From positions 1 through 64,000 of the forward strand of contig JAVZLK010000003.1 in assembly GCA_038883795.1 (NCBI GenBank): a stretch of DNA of 64,000 nucleotides, written 5' to 3'. Source of the stretch: Candidatus Bathyarchaeia archaeon. Its GTDB lineage: Archaea > Thermoproteota > Bathyarchaeia > Bathyarchaeales > Bathycorpusculaceae. Shown piece by piece: positions 46,618-55,850 of the stretch. Every line of letters starts with the position of its first letter. Position 1 is the first letter of the stretch. Made by a program: the position numbers and the translations under genes. The notes beneath the pieces were generated by a model. The model saw only the letters and a list, made by a program, of their open reading frames with translations, was not told the DNA's origin and made no database searches.

Positions 46618-47016
46618 TCACCAAATACGTTTGACGCCCATCTTATCAAAAGCTGAATCAGTTGATATCACATCTGCATTGTACATTTTCGCAGCTGCGG
46701 CTATTAAAACATCAAATAGTCCTCCATGTGCCCTTCTATTTGCTGCCATATGCTCCGCTTCCGCTATAATAGAAGCTTCTGTGGGTATCAGCTTCTGTTT
46801 AGGAATTATTAACGCGATATTTCTAAAAATTCTCTCCCTCTGGGATGGTGGAAATTTACGTTTTCTTAGGACCAGATTGCATTCGTGCAGAGTTAAACAT
46901 AAGACAAAAATGTCATTAGCAGTACGGACCGAATAAAGATGTTGAACCGCTTTATTAAATAATGGATGCATTGGGTCAAGGGATGCTATTAAAACAACAG
47001 TATCAAGAATCTTCAA
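46618..47016 (-). CDS. vapC: PIN domain (VapC-like) toxin
   Basis: KILDTVVLIA, TLHEC, LFDVLIAAAA, ISTDSAFD: acidic PIN residues present. Confidence 0.88.
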   Translation of the reverse strand: MKILDTVVLIASLDPMHPLFNKAVQHLYSVRTANDIFVLCLTLHECNLVLRKRKFPPSQRERIFRNIALIIPKQKLIPTEASIIAEAEHMAANRRAHGGLFDVLIAAAAKMYNADVISTDSAFDKMGVKRIW

Positions 47017-47287
47017 GATTATCTTCCTTGCCGAATATTAAAGATAAGTATTCCTCAGCTTCATGATCTTCTTCTTTCCAATCCTTTAGCCGACCTTTCA
47101 CAATGGAATGCGTGTCAAGAATCGCCAATAAGAATAATTTATCGGGTAACCTTGAAAGAAGTTTTATCATTGCCTTGTTAATCGATGCGTAGGATTCAGC
47201 AGTGCTTTTCACACTGATTTCTAGCAGAGAATTTTCTAAGCCGCGAACGCGTTCAAAGGGAGCTGGAAGTTTTTCAACGATCCACAT
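47003..47287 (-). CDS. Putative antitoxin / hypothetical protein overlapping vapC
   Basis: Overlaps the vapC start; acidic C-terminus DWKEEDHEAEEYL; no clear DNA-binding domain. Confidence 0.45.
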   Translation of the reverse strand: MWIVEKLPAPFERVRGLENSLLEISVKSTAESYASINKAMIKLLSRLPDKLFLLAILDTHSIVKGRLKDWKEEDHEAEEYLSLIFGKEDNLEDS

Positions 47288-47708
47288 CGCCCTTTCTTTC
47301 TCCTTTTTGCTCTGTCATTTCCTGCATTTTCTTAAGGTCCTCTGCAAGAGATTTTAAGTTTTCGCCTAACTCTATTTTTTCCTCCGCAGAAATATCCATA
47401 ATCTTGTTAATTTTGGGTAAATAAGTATTCAATTTCATTAGTACCTGAATGAAGAAACCTAAAATCTCCGGAGGAGTTTCTTGCGAAATTTTGCCTAAAA
47501 GTTCCATAGAGTATTTCATAGCCTTTGTGGACGTTAAAAAATCATAGGCGGCTCGCTGATCCCTTTGAATCTCACCTATCTTTCTTGCAAAATCTCCATA
47601 AGCTTCCAATAAGTTAGTTATCACTTGGAAGATGCTACGGAAATCAATTTGTGAGAGTAATTTTTCTAATTCCTCCCTTTCACTTTCAGTCATGATAATT
47701 TCCTCCAA
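47274..47708 (-). CDS. Hypothetical helical/coiled-coil protein
   Basis: 144-aa ORF, first gene of the cassette 1 operon. Confidence 0.6.
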   Translation of the reverse strand: MEEIIMTESEREELEKLLSQIDFRSIFQVITNLLEAYGDFARKIGEIQRDQRAAYDFLTSTKAMKYSMELLGKISQETPPEILGFFIQVLMKLNTYLPKINKIMDISAEEKIELGENLKSLAEDLKKMQEMTEQKGERKGDVDR

Positions 47709-47856
47709 ACTAAATTTGTTAAAACACCTTTTTTATGTTTTGTATTCTAAATTCATTTTGTAAAACCCCGCAACTATATTAAGTATTTGCCTTTCTAAAA
47801 GTATTGTTAGTTTAATAAAATCGAGGTTTTAATTGATTTTGGCATAAATTCAACAG

Positions 47857-47972
47857 TTGTAAATTTTAAACGTAGGTTTTCATCTATCCGGCCGGCCCCA
47901 CATTTTTAAGCAATTTCAAAACAACGTTTAAGCAGCGGCTTCGCAAAAACAGAGCAAAAAACTTGCCTTTTT
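47857..47972 (+). repeat. attP-like junction: left arm + tRNA-Trp 3' core + right arm
   Basis: TTGTAAATTTTAAACGTAGGTTTTCATCT-ATCCGGCCGGCCCCA-CATTTTTAAG...; inverted repeat TTAAACGT (47866-47873) / ACGTTTAA (47924-47931). Confidence 0.85.
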
Positions 47973-48034
47973 CAAGTTGGCATCCAATAGGCGAAACTAA
48001 GAAATAGTTTGGTCGTTTGAATTTTACAAAAAGG

Positions 48035-48598
48035 TTAGGCTGGATATCTCTTTTCTTCAATGATGTTTCCTGCGACAGTTATCAAGATGTTGTTTCCGTT
48101 TATGGATACTACGCTATGTTTTCTTTCCATGTTGTAGAATCGCCAAAACTTTTCTGGAATTTTCAGTAATATTTTGTTCTCAGCTTTTTGTATTGGAATT
48201 TTTTCCAGAAAACAAGAGATTTCCTTCCATTCTGGCATTTCGCTGCCAGAAATTCCTATCGTTGAACTGTCTAATGCGTAAACGTAAGCGTATTCATTCC
48301 AAGCAGGGTTGGCTGCTTCTAGTAGTTCGGCTGATACTTCTATTACGTCTTTAGGTTTTTTTTCCTCCTTTGGATAGACAAGGTTTACTCGTCGGCCGTT
48401 CCTTTCGAGAACTTTAATTACAATTTTCCCTTCGTTCAAAAGCCTCCTTATTGAACCATCAACGCGGCCAGTCTTCCACTTCAGCTTTTTCCCCAACTCG
48501 TATTGAGAAAGCCCTGGAAACTGCTTTATAGTTTTCAGTAGGATTTCGTCTGATTCTTCGCCTCTTCGGTTCTTTTTCATCTCCGTTATTTCAATCAT
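48035..48598 (-). CDS. Winged-helix protein with C-terminal AbrB-like region
   Basis: IKQFPGLSQYELGKKLKWKTGRVDGSIRRLLNEGKI (wHTH); LKIPEKFWRFYNM resembles AbrB. Confidence 0.7.
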   Translation of the reverse strand: MIEITEMKKNRRGEESDEILLKTIKQFPGLSQYELGKKLKWKTGRVDGSIRRLLNEGKIVIKVLERNGRRVNLVYPKEEKKPKDVIEVSAELLEAANPAWNEYAYVYALDSSTIGISGSEMPEWKEISCFLEKIPIQKAENKILLKIPEKFWRFYNMERKHSVVSINGNNILITVAGNIIEEKRYPA

Positions 48599-48792
48599 AA
48601 TTTACTCACAGTCTCTTTCTGTCTCTCACTCTTTATGTTGTTGTTGGGATATTTAAATTTTTGGAATATTCCAAAAAGCTATACCATTAAGCACAAATAT
48701 CATAAGCCTTGCTAAATAGTATCTATGTTCCGATTCCAGCCACGAAAACGATGCTACCTCGGTCCAATAAAGCTTGATTCCCAACCAATCAG

Positions 48793-49008
48793 ATGGATAA
48801 GGATCATAGAAGCTTCGCAAGCAGAGAATGGATTGAAGGCCAAGTAAGATATGGCGAATGGATAAGCGACCACGGCAAGCCAAACCACTTCCAGATATAC
48901 ACAATAGTTTATGAAGGGACAAAGCCTATAACAGTCTTAATTAAGATAAAATTGCAACCCCAACAAGTTCTTGTTTATCATGCGCATGTTGTGCGAAAGA
49001 GAAAATAG
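48793..49008 (+). CDS. Small hypothetical protein (possibly the frameshifted 3' part of a gene starting at 48725)
   Basis: 71-aa ORF divergent from the wHTH gene; an upstream ATG-initiated frame (48725, MFRFQPRKRCYLGP...) overlaps it out of frame. Confidence 0.45.
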   Translation: MDKDHRSFASREWIEGQVRYGEWISDHGKPNHFQIYTIVYEGTKPITVLIKIKLQPQQVLVYHAHVVRKRK

Positions 49009-49020
49009 GTTATCTTAAGA

Positions 49021-49063
49021 TTGTAAGATTTAAACGTAAGTTTTCATCTATCCGGCCCCACCA
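49021..49063 (+). repeat. attR-like: left arm + shortened core + CCA
   Basis: TTGTAAGATTTAAACGTAAGTTTTCATCTATCCGGCCCCACCA matches 47857-47900 apart from 3 substitutions and a 4-nt CCGG deletion, and ends in CCA. Confidence 0.85.
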
Positions 49064-49094
49064 AGGCATAAACAGTCCAAAAATTTAAAATTCT

Positions 49095-50303
49095 TTATTG
49101 GCTTTTGTTACGTAACAAAATTTTGATGGTTTCTAGTTCATATTTAGCTATGATCTCCCAACTGCGGTGTCTCGCAAGCTCTATACTTTCTCTGCTTAAT
49201 CTTTCTTGAATAAGCGTATTTTCCAATATTGTTAATATAGTTGTTGCGAGTTCTTTAATGTCTCCTTTTCTAACGTATATCATTTTTTCTCCGTAGTTTT
49301 CCTTGTAATATGGCAAGTCGTAAACAACTACTGGAAGCCCGCAAGCCATGGCTTCACATAACACTAGAGGGTTTCCTTCCAAGTAGCTTGGAAAAACGAA
49401 AACTCGACTTTGTGCTAAAAGTTTGTATTTTTCTTCTTCTGATACAAAGCCTGTAAAAACAATGTTTTTAAGCAAATTCATTTTCTTTGCGAGTTCCTTA
49501 ACCTTTCCTAAATATGGGCCCTTTCCACCTCCTATAATGATAACTCTCGCATTAGGCTTTTTCCTATTAACGATTTTCCATGCTTTAATTAAGTCAATTA
49601 CACCCTTTCGCGGTATGATGCTTCCAAGGAAGCATGCGTCAAATTTTTTGTCGTCCTTAAATTTTTGTGCAACAGCCTGTATGAAAGAGAAGTTTACACC
49701 TATATGAACTGGGTATATCCTTCTTTTTTCGATTCCCATTTTTATTAGAAGATCTTTAATGTAATGTGAAACTGAAAAAATGATGTCCATTTTTTTAACT
49801 AAAAAGTTTCTTACATGCTTTTTAAAGCAAAAAATGAGTCTTTCATGCACGGTTGTGAAGTACTTTATTCCTCTTCTTGCCTCCGAGTAGACAAGTGCTT
49901 GCCTAATTGATGTTAAAATGCTTGTATCTTCTGGATTTAGAAGGTTTACACTTCCTACTAGAGGAATTCTTAATCTATGTTTTGCCATGACGGAAGCGAG
50001 AACATATGGAAATGGTTCACCTGGGCAGTAAATAAAGTCGAATTTTTCTTTTGGAATGGTATCAACCATTCTTTTTACAGTTAAAAAATCTTCAAGCCCA
50101 GCAAGATTAATGCGCGCTAAATTAAAAATATGAAACTTGGCCTTTAACCCAAATTTTTCACAAAGTAATTTAGCTTTATTGTTAGCAACTAAGTGAATCT
50201 CATTTCCCATGTTTTTCCATATCTTAGATATTTCAATAAACTGCCTTTCCCCTCCGGAGTAAGACTCTCCATCGCCAACAGGGAAAAAACACAATATTTT
50301 CAT
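49095..50303 (-). CDS. Glycosyltransferase family 4
   Basis: SGGER, FLGSIIPRKG, FVFPSYLEGNPLVLCEAMACGLPVV. Confidence 0.92.
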   Translation of the reverse strand: MKILCFFPVGDGESYSGGERQFIEISKIWKNMGNEIHLVANNKAKLLCEKFGLKAKFHIFNLARINLAGLEDFLTVKRMVDTIPKEKFDFIYCPGEPFPYVLASVMAKHRLRIPLVGSVNLLNPEDTSILTSIRQALVYSEARRGIKYFTTVHERLIFCFKKHVRNFLVKKMDIIFSVSHYIKDLLIKMGIEKRRIYPVHIGVNFSFIQAVAQKFKDDKKFDACFLGSIIPRKGVIDLIKAWKIVNRKKPNARVIIIGGGKGPYLGKVKELAKKMNLLKNIVFTGFVSEEEKYKLLAQSRVFVFPSYLEGNPLVLCEAMACGLPVVVYDLPYYKENYGEKMIYVRKGDIKELATTILTILENTLIQERLSRESIELARHRSWEIIAKYELETIKILLRNKSQ

Positions 50304-50514
50304 GGCAGCGTTCTAACCCCCTCAAACGCAGAGAATTATCTGAAATCTTCTCCAACTACAAAAATAACTTCCTTCAATGGATTCAATTTTTCACATTTCA
50401 ATGAATTAATTAAGTAGGATGTCATATGAATCAACCGATTCAATAACTATATAAGAATAGCCCCCACATTTATTAATTTGTAGATAATAGTAAAAGAAAA
50501 GTGGAGAAGCAATT

Positions 50515-50709
50515 ATGCCGTCGGAAATCTTTGATGCTGAAAAGTTCGTCGAAATTAGTGGACGGGCAGACTACTGCCTTGTGAAAAGGTTGAGGGATGT
50601 TGTAAAGTTGAAGCTTCGCACTTCGAAGAGGCTTTACACGTTAAAGGTTGAGCCTGGGAAGGCCGAGGAGATTATTAAGAAGCTTCAATGTGAAATTCGA
50701 GAAATCTAA
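50515..50709 (+). CDS. rpl38e: 50S ribosomal protein L38e (eL38)
   Basis: MP.EI.D..KF...VKLKLRTSKRLYTLKV...KAEEI. Confidence 0.85.
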   Translation: MPSEIFDAEKFVEISGRADYCLVKRLRDVVKLKLRTSKRLYTLKVEPGKAEEIIKKLQCEIREI

Positions 50710-50765
50710 TCGCAAGAGTATTCTGTTGTTTTATAGGAAAGAAAAGATGTAGTGATTAAAGTCTG

Positions 50766-51491
50766 TTAGCTTCTGAACTTTTGGAGTTTTGTTAAAAGTT
50801 CTTTGTCGCCCTCATAGTCTCCAGCGCATGTCGCAATTACGCCATCAACCAAGCCTTCAAGTTTGCCTGCAACTTCTTCGACGCGGTCCATGGATGCTGT
50901 GACTGGCCACCCTATCATTTTTACCATCTCAGCGTTTTTTGGTGTTCCTACGAGGAAGTATGTGTATATGGGTTTGTTTAGGCGTTTGCATTCTTTTGCC
51001 AATTGCTCCAGTGTTGGGAAGGTTTTGTCTTCGAGGCGCATGAAGAAGACGAAGTCCCATGGTTCTTTTGCGCGGGCGATGGTTTCTTCGAGGGTTCGGC
51101 GTGCTGTGAGCAAGCATCCTAGTTTAACGTTTTTTAGGCGTATTGTAGTGCGTAGAAAGTCTCTGGCTTCTTCGGAGGATTTTAACATTTTTATGGGCTC
51201 TCCGTATTTGGGGATGTCACCCATTGTGAGCACAAGTCCGTCGAGAGCCACGGCATCTGCGGCTAAAGCCAAGCCTCCAACTTCGACGGGTCCCTTGTAA
51301 TGGAGTATGAATATTGGTATCACTATTTTCTCTGGGTATTTGGTTTTGAGAACGCAGCCGACGGCTGTGCCGCTTGGCGCGGGCATTCCAGCAGCGCTGT
51401 CAGTTATGTTCCATCCATCAACCAAATCCTTAACTTCTTCAGCAAGTTTTAGAAATTTGCGTGTTGGAACAAACTCATGCAGTATTTTCAT
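50766..51491 (-). CDS. MetF/MTHFR-like FAD-linked oxidoreductase
   Basis: HEFVP, NITDSAAG, LVLTMGD pattern of the MTHFR barrel; adjacent to methionine synthase genes. Confidence 0.65.
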   Translation of the reverse strand: MKILHEFVPTRKFLKLAEEVKDLVDGWNITDSAAGMPAPSGTAVGCVLKTKYPEKIVIPIFILHYKGPVEVGGLALAADAVALDGLVLTMGDIPKYGEPIKMLKSSEEARDFLRTTIRLKNVKLGCLLTARRTLEETIARAKEPWDFVFFMRLEDKTFPTLEQLAKECKRLNKPIYTYFLVGTPKNAEMVKMIGWPVTASMDRVEEVAGKLEGLVDGVIATCAGDYEGDKELLTKLQKFRS

Positions 51492-51627
51492 TTAGACATC
51501 ATCTACCCTTAACTTAAGAGAAAACTGTAATAACATAATTAAATTTTTGCATATCACCGCAGAAACTGTAAGGTTTAATACCCTTATTCCAGATTTTATT
51601 TTTTCACTGTGCGAAGTTGGTTATAAA

Positions 51628-52611
51628 ATGTTAGGCTGCTATGTTACTGGAATCCTTCCAAGACCAAAAGAGTTTATTGAAACAACCAGAGCCTACGACA
51701 GAAAAAGGATCGGTAAAGAAGAGCTGGAAAAAGTCTTCAAAGAAGCCACAATCAAAGTCGTAGAGGCTCAAACCGCTGCTGGGCTCACTTTCGTCACTGA
51801 TGGCATGCTCAAGTGGCAAGACCTTTTAAGACCTTTCGCTGAAAACTTGGAGGGCGTGAAAGTTGGAGCTCTTGCAAGGTGGTTTAACAACAACACATTC
51901 TATAGAAAACCAATAGTTTATGGGGAGATACTGCGCAAAAAAGACATTGCCTTAGAAATGGCGAACATGGAGTGTTTGCCAAGGAATGTTCCATGGAAAG
52001 CAGTTTTGCCAGCACCATATACGCTTACAAAGTTGTCTGAAAACAACTTTTACAAAAGCGAGACGGAATTATTGTTTAGATATGCTGAAGTTCTAAGAGA
52101 AGAAATTAGAAGTTTGACGGAAAAAGGTTTTAACTATGTTCAGTTAAGCGATCCGGTGCTTGTCTATAATCCCTTCAAAGACTCAATTTCGAAGGACATG
52201 CTGGCTGACGTTAAAAATGCATTAGAAACAGCCATAAAAGGCGTAGGGGTGAGGGTTTGTTTACAAACTTTTTTCGGAGATTTCTCTCAAATCCTCCCCG
52301 AAGCCTTGGATTTTCCGGTGGATGATCTTGGCATAGACCTCTACGAGACAAGTTTGGAAAAACTAAAAGAGTACCCTTTCAATAAAGGCGTGGCTTTGGG
52401 GCTTATTGACGCCCGCAGTTCCTTGTTAGAAGACGAAAAAGAGCTTACGGCGGTTGCTAAAGAGCTGATAGAATGCATCTATCCATCAAAAGCATGCGAC
52501 GTTTTCATTTGTCCAAACTGCGACTTAGAGTTCCTGCCTTGGGAAAGAGCAAAAGAGAAAATTAAGATAGTAGCCAAAGTGACGAAAAACCTCCAGAACG
52601 AGTTGAGCTGA
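51628..52611 (+). CDS. Split cobalamin-independent methionine synthase, N-terminal (folate-binding-like) half
   Basis: GILPRP, TDGMLKWQD, RWFNNNTFYRKP, VQLSDP; no H-x-C Zn motif. Confidence 0.8.
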   Translation: MLGCYVTGILPRPKEFIETTRAYDRKRIGKEELEKVFKEATIKVVEAQTAAGLTFVTDGMLKWQDLLRPFAENLEGVKVGALARWFNNNTFYRKPIVYGEILRKKDIALEMANMECLPRNVPWKAVLPAPYTLTKLSENNFYKSETELLFRYAEVLREEIRSLTEKGFNYVQLSDPVLVYNPFKDSISKDMLADVKNALETAIKGVGVRVCLQTFFGDFSQILPEALDFPVDDLGIDLYETSLEKLKEYPFNKGVALGLIDARSSLLEDEKELTAVAKELIECIYPSKACDVFICPNCDLEFLPWERAKEKIKIVAKVTKNLQNELS

Positions 52612-52612
52612 T

Positions 52613-53767
52613 ATGGATAAGCTTTTTCCAACACAAGAAATAGGAAGTCTCGCCAAACCAGTATGGAGGGTTAAAGGCTATAGGGGAGAAGCACTCTCAG
52701 AAGAGGAAATTGTAGAAGCGATAAATTGGGGGAAAAAGTTAGGCATAGAAAATTTAGAGGCACTTGTTAAAATTTTGAGGAGAAAGGAGCGGACCTCTGA
52801 AGATAAACGCGCTTTGCTTGAATGGTCGGCTAAGTTTGTCATCCGTTTTTTTGAGGTTGCCGGGCTGGATGTAGTTTTTGATGGGGAGCAGTGGCGTTCT
52901 GAAATGTATGAGCATGTCATGAGAAACGTTGAGGGCTTCGAGTTTATGGGTTATGTAAAATCCTTCGATTATAGATACTTTAACAAGGCTGCATGCATAG
53001 ACAAGCCAAAATATACAAAATCTTTCTATGTTGAAGAGTTCACTTTCACAAGAGAGAACACCAAGAAAATTGTAAAAGTGCCCTTCACAGGACCTTACAC
53101 GCTTGTAGATTGGACATTCAACGAATATTATGAACGAAAGGCTGGAAGCAAAATAAAAGACTTTAAGCAGAGGAAAACTGCAGCGAAAAGGGATTTCCTC
53201 TTCGACTTAATAAAGGAGGTTGTTAGACCAGAAATAAACCGTTTAATAGAGGCTGGAGCCGAGTGGATTCAGATAGACGAACCGGCAGCTACAACAAACC
53301 CTTCCGCCGAAGAAATGAAATTATTCGTTGAGGCTTTTAACGAAACTGTTAAGGGATTTAACTGCACCTTCAGTCTCCACAACTGCTACAGCAACTATAA
53401 GGTATTGGCGAAATATGCTAGTCAACTGCGAAACTGCAGCCAATTAGCCCTTGAATTCGCCAACAGAGACAGCAGACAAGCGGGAATAGGCGAAACGAGG
53501 GTAGGTTATAAAGAACTAAAATTTTTTGAGGATTATGGCTTTCGTGGGAAGTATGGGTTAGGTGTGGTAGATGTTCATACAGATTTTGTTGAACCGCCAG
53601 AACTGATACGAGATAGGATACTTCACGCCGTAGGCATTGTAAAAGACCCAAGCAGAATATTTGTGAGTACAGACTGTGGCTTGAGAACCCGAACGTGGGA
53701 AATAAGCTTTGCAAAACTTAAAAACATGGTTTTGGGAGCTGAACTGGCAAGAAAAGATTTGTCATAG
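52613..53767 (+). CDS. Split cobalamin-independent methionine synthase, catalytic Zn-binding half
   Basis: PTQEIGS, DGEQWR, FTGPYT, IQIDEPA, HNC, LEF, GVVDVH, TDCGLR. Confidence 0.88.
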   Translation: MDKLFPTQEIGSLAKPVWRVKGYRGEALSEEEIVEAINWGKKLGIENLEALVKILRRKERTSEDKRALLEWSAKFVIRFFEVAGLDVVFDGEQWRSEMYEHVMRNVEGFEFMGYVKSFDYRYFNKAACIDKPKYTKSFYVEEFTFTRENTKKIVKVPFTGPYTLVDWTFNEYYERKAGSKIKDFKQRKTAAKRDFLFDLIKEVVRPEINRLIEAGAEWIQIDEPAATTNPSAEEMKLFVEAFNETVKGFNCTFSLHNCYSNYKVLAKYASQLRNCSQLALEFANRDSRQAGIGETRVGYKELKFFEDYGFRGKYGLGVVDVHTDFVEPPELIRDRILHAVGIVKDPSRIFVSTDCGLRTRTWEISFAKLKNMVLGAELARKDLS

Positions 53768-53837
53768 GGATAATCTGCTAAATTGCAAAAGCAATTGAAG
53801 TTATAAGGTTGAGGAATAAAGACTTATTCCATAAACC

Positions 53838-55007
53838 TTGGATGCGCATCCTTTGCGAACTGAAAGAATTTACTATCTAGTTTCAATCCTAAACGAGTTT
53901 GCCTTAGAAGTTCCTTATCTAGCCTACTACATATTTCAAACTCTAGGGTTAGGATATGCATACCTTTACATGGCAATCTCCGCATTAGTATTCGGTCTTC
54001 TCGACTATCCAACTGGAGGAATCGCTGACAGAATTGGAAGGAAAAGCACATTCGCATTTGGAATATTTCTTGTAGGAATCAACTTTTTACTTTCAGCCTT
54101 CTTTGTTCACCCACTCACAATAGTTTTAGCGGCCCTATTCTTTGGGTTAGGAAGCGCCTTACAAAGCGGTTCCTTTGAGGCTTGGATAGCGGATGAAATG
54201 AAAAGGGCGGATAGGTTTGAGGAATTTGACAGAGTTTTTGGAAGAGCAGTTTCCCTAGGCCTCATAGCTGATGTTACGGCTGGAATTTTAGGAAGTCTAA
54301 TCACTTTTTTGGGTGGTTATTGGTGGACTATTCCTTTTGGAGGAACAGTTGCGCTAACAGCTGCAGTTTTAGCCATAACCGTAATGAGGGAAAATGTTGG
54401 AGAAGAAGAAAGACAGCCTTACAGTGAACTTTTGAAAAAGGGAGCGAAAATTCTTCTGGGAAAGAAGGCGCTGATGTTTTTGACTTTAAGTCAAACGTTA
54501 TTTATTGCTGGGGCCTATGCTTATTGGGAAACACTAACTCCAGTTTACAGTGAAAGAGGCATACCAGAAGAAATGTTTGGAATATTGGGCGCTGCAATGC
54601 ATTTGCCAGCAGTCTTTACAACCGCCTACGCCCATAAGCTTGGAAGAAAAGTGGGTGTTAAAAAATCTGTAATTGTTCTCTCTTTTGGTTGGGCTTTTTT
54701 CTGCTCTTTAATGATGTTTTTAGTTCATCCAAGCTTGACAATAATGCTCGTAATGATTTTAGAAAGCACTCTTGCCACACGCCATCCAATAATGGAATTT
54801 TGGCAAAACACCCTAATTCCAAGCGACGTTAGAGCGACGGTTTTAAGCGGAATAAGCACAATGACCCATGTGGGACAAAGCCTTGTCCTCTTCTTCTTAT
54901 CCCCTTTTGTCGAGGTTTATGGCATAATTTTCGGTTTGGCATCAGCTGCACTATTATCTGGAGTTTCTGTGATAACCTTGCTTTTGATTAGCCAAAACAA
55001 AAGTTAG
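53838..55007 (+). CDS. MFS transporter
   Basis: PTGGIADRIGRK motif A, SGSFEAWIAD, RATVLS; about 12 TM helices. Confidence 0.9.
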   Translation: MDAHPLRTERIYYLVSILNEFALEVPYLAYYIFQTLGLGYAYLYMAISALVFGLLDYPTGGIADRIGRKSTFAFGIFLVGINFLLSAFFVHPLTIVLAALFFGLGSALQSGSFEAWIADEMKRADRFEEFDRVFGRAVSLGLIADVTAGILGSLITFLGGYWWTIPFGGTVALTAAVLAITVMRENVGEEERQPYSELLKKGAKILLGKKALMFLTLSQTLFIAGAYAYWETLTPVYSERGIPEEMFGILGAAMHLPAVFTTAYAHKLGRKVGVKKSVIVLSFGWAFFCSLMMFLVHPSLTIMLVMILESTLATRHPIMEFWQNTLIPSDVRATVLSGISTMTHVGQSLVLFFLSPFVEVYGIIFGLASAALLSGVSVITLLLISQNKS

Positions 55008-55061
55008 ATTTTTGAGGAAATGTAAATAAGCTTGCAAAATTTAACCAAAGCGGGGAAAAGT

Positions 55062-55850
55062 GTGAAGGTTGCTGTTTCCGGCAAGGGCGGCGTTGGAAAA
55101 ACCCTAATCGCTGGCGGTCTTGCCTGTGCATTTTCTAAAAAAGGATTGAAGACTATAGCTATTGATGCCGACCCTTCGCCGAATCTTGCTTTAACTTTAG
55201 GCTTATCAGCGGAACAAGCAAGCAAAATATTGCCAATTTCAGAGAATAAAGCGTTAATTGAGTCTAAAACGGATACGGGATTTTCAGGTGTTTATCGGCT
55301 TTCCTTCACGGTGGATGATATTGTTCGGGATTTTTCTGTTAAAACTCCTTTTGGCGTTAACTTGATTGTTATGGGAACCGTAAAGTCTATGGGTTCGGGA
55401 TGCACTTGTCCAGCCAATGCTGTTGTGCGTAATTTGTTGCGCCATCTAATTTTGGAGCGGGATGAAGTTGTCATTTTGGATATGGAGGCTGGCGTTGAGC
55501 ACATGGGGAGAGCAACAGCAAAGCATGTGGATATTATGCTGGTCGTTGTGGATGCAAACATGAAGGCGCTTGAAACCGCTAAACGCATTCACGAATTAGC
55601 CTTTAACGCGGGAATGAAAAGGGTTTTTGTTGTTGGAAACAAAATTGCCGACAAGAGGCAAATGGAAGTTATAGAAAAATTTGCTAAGGGGAATGGTTTA
55701 GAAATTTTGGATTTTGTTCCTTTTGATTTGAGGGTTGTAAAGGCTGAGATGCGGGGAGAAACTCCGCTTAAATATTGGAAAGAGGCTAAGGCTATTGTTG
55801 CCATAGAAAAATTGAGCGAAAAATTATGGAAAAATGAGGTGCAAGCGTGA
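55062..55850 (+). CDS. cooC: CooC/AcsF-type nickel insertion ATPase
   Basis: GKGGVGKT, IDADP, GCTC, DMEAGVEHMGR. Confidence 0.92.
   Translation: MKVAVSGKGGVGKTLIAGGLACAFSKKGLKTIAIDADPSPNLALTLGLSAEQASKILPISENKALIESKTDTGFSGVYRLSFTVDDIVRDFSVKTPFGVNLIVMGTVKSMGSGCTCPANAVVRNLLRHLILERDEVVILDMEAGVEHMGRATAKHVDIMLVVVDANMKALETAKRIHELAFNAGMKRVFVVGNKIADKRQMEVIEKFAKGNGLEILDFVPFDLRVVKAEMRGETPLKYWKEAKAIVAIEKLSEKLWKNEVQA

Larger units (their letters stand above)
46446..49063. mobile_element. Tandem pair of small integrase-less cassettes at tRNA-Trp
   Basis: Order is core+right arm / cargo 1 / left arm+core+right arm / cargo 2 / left arm+core+CCA. Confidence 0.75.

Noticed and set aside
46446-49063. CRISPR array, IS element or provirus
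   Set aside because: The repeats derive from a tRNA end and are more than 1 kb apart; no cas, transposase, integrase or virion genes.
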